Source of the DNA: Marsupella aquatica
Lineage: Eukaryota; Plantae; Marchantiophyta
Assembly (NCBI GenBank): GCA_973895155.1
Contig: OZ316893.1
Location: 18,790,857 to 18,854,856 of the forward strand
Length of the DNA: 64,000 nucleotides
Direction: 5' to 3'
The translations under genes were made by a program, and so were the position numbers. The notes under the pieces are model-generated. The model saw only the letters and a list, made by a program, of their open reading frames with translations, made no database searches and was not told where the DNA came from. Below are positions 62,232 to 64,000 of this stretch, one piece after another (within the stretch, counting starts at the first letter, position 1; every line of letters begins with the position of its first letter).

Positions 62232-63490
62232 TCACCCACCAGGTAGCGAGATATTGATATCTGTTGCGGTTCGTCGCGCGGAATCGGACTGCGGCGGTTG
62301 CCAGCCCCCAAACTGGCTCATGCTGTGCTGGGGATTAGGGGTTCCGTTTCCACCTTGGTGATTGACAGATTGATGACTTGGAGTTCCCCCTTGGCCAGAG
62401 GTCTTACTTCCAGATGTTTCCGTCTTTGCAGGACGTGCTGGGAGGGAAACTGCAGCAACGGTCACACCGGGAGTGCCCGTCGAGGGCGATAATCCAATGG
62501 AAGTTGTCATCAAGCTCACCATGCTTTCTCCGTTTCCAGCGCCCAAAGGCGATGTTGGCAGTCGATTTTTCACTCCACTATCAGAGACAACGAAACTCCC
62601 TACTACTATCTGGAGAAAGAAACAAAGGACAGTTACAATTCGGACACTGAGAAAACGCGTGAGAGTGACAAGAGCAGGCACCCTGCTTGGATTAGAAAGG
62701 ATTAGGAAGCACACGCTCTCCAGCTGAAATTATTCCATGATTCCGGATTCACTCGATCATTCGAGGAACATCAGACGTTCTAAGAAGAAAGACGTAAACT
62801 ATTCACAAAGGAAACAGATAGACATGAACGAGGCCGCTGAACCAAAACGGGAGCAAGAATGCGCAAATGAGGATAACGGATGCTGCAAGAAGTCTCACCT
62901 GAACCGGAGTTGCCGCAACAAGCAAGCCCGATACACTTCCACCCACAACCTTCCCGTCACTTGCAGCTAACGACACGCTCAATCCACCGGTCCTATTCCG
63001 GGCACCATTTACATCCGTGGGAAGGAAAGATCCCGAAAGTGACAGAATCTCGTACCGACCCTGCGCCACTCGACCCGGCCAAATATCCCATCAGATTGAT
63101 TTAGTCTGCAGATGTCTCTCACTTGACCAGACTACGACGAAAGCACTTGACGCGACTTTTCCTCTAGCAGTCGAGAATGTGGAGCACGTCGCTGTATATT
63201 TCATGAGTTCAATTTTGGGGGCTGATTATGACCCTTGATCTCAAACCTGTTACTGCGGATCAGGGAAAAGTCAGCCAGTTTTCTCGGATCGCTGGTCCAT
63301 AATCTTCTTGCGAAGCTCCTCCGATGAAAGCAATGAGGTAAAGCACATTGGGCCTCACCTCGTAAGTGATACTGCCACCATAGGAAGAGTCGTGGCGCAG
63401 TGTCACGTTGGATATAGACCCGTTCGCTGATAGCACGCATACGGCTCGTGGTCCTTGCTGACAGAAGGCAAATATTTTGTTCGCAACATC
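62232..63490 (-). CDS. AHL: AT-hook motif nuclear-localized protein (PPC/DUF296 domain), last three exons: 63359-63490, 62899-63060, 62232-62609; 5' exons outside the window
   Basis: [32 protein letters not shown]...ITYE|[14 protein letters not shown]...[32 protein letters not shown]|IVVGSF with canonical phase-0 GT/AG introns. Confidence 0.95.
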
Positions 63491-64000
63491 CTGTCGCGAC
63501 CAAAACCAAGAAAGACATTGAAACTAGGCCCACAGACGCGGAGATAACTTTAGCGTACATCAAAAAATCTGATGTCATAGTAGATTCAAAAATTTCTTGT
63601 GACGTACGAAATCAGCCACTAAACGACCCAGCCACAGTGGGAAGTTTCGGAAGTTTGGCGAGTTGAAGATAATTGTAAACCATGAAAAGAACCTGACGAT
63701 GGCATCGCTTTCTGACCAATTAATTATCAGGGATAAATAGTTCCACGAATTACACTATATAGTTGGAGGGATCCAAGTGAGCCATGTGTGAGCCACCCAA
63801 GGCAGAGGTTCCAGATACATGTGCCAAACACTGACTAGGCATCATTGAGACTCTTCCCCACTTGCTCAAACCCCGCTTCCCATCCGCAAATGACCACAGA
63901 GTAGATTGCCGAGTGCCGAAGACGATCATTCGCGCAAAATTCCATGGTATCGAGCACGTGAGGTCACAGTTAAAAAACAACAACACCAGGCGTGTTTGCT

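Overview
Eukaryotic (land-plant) genomic DNA; a bryophyte/liverwort-like origin is an inference from the transposon repertoire. Bases 1 to about 50,700 form one deeply nested transposon stack in which only the right-hand half of each host element is in the window. Inferred order, outer to inner: a Pong/Harbinger transposase is split by a chromodomain Gypsy; the Gypsy pol is split by a large Sola2-like DNA element (copy 2); that element's transposase is split by a related element (copy 1); copy 1 is split by a >23 kb CACTA element; and the CACTA carries a 4-kb ORF-bearing solo-LTR-like insertion plus an intact Bianca-like Copia with identical LTRs. Copy 2 also holds a decayed Bianca-like Copia and two truncated L1-type insertions. 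The most unusual system is the Sola2-like family. Both copies carry a coiled-coil (RING in copy 1) gene and an RPA70C-like OB-fold gene, apparently joined on one spliced bicistronic transcript. The joining intron contains a 21-bp-phased array of palindromic AATACC-N4-GGTATT sites, a motif that recurs at the element terminus. The CACTA carries PHD, tandem-BRCT and F-box-like cargo. The last 13 kb holds host-type genes: a decayed NAD(P)-binding Rossmann-fold gene, an OBERON-like PHD gene with a frameshift, and the 3' exons of an AT-hook/PPC (AHL) gene. All family assignments come from motif recognition by eye, not database searches.
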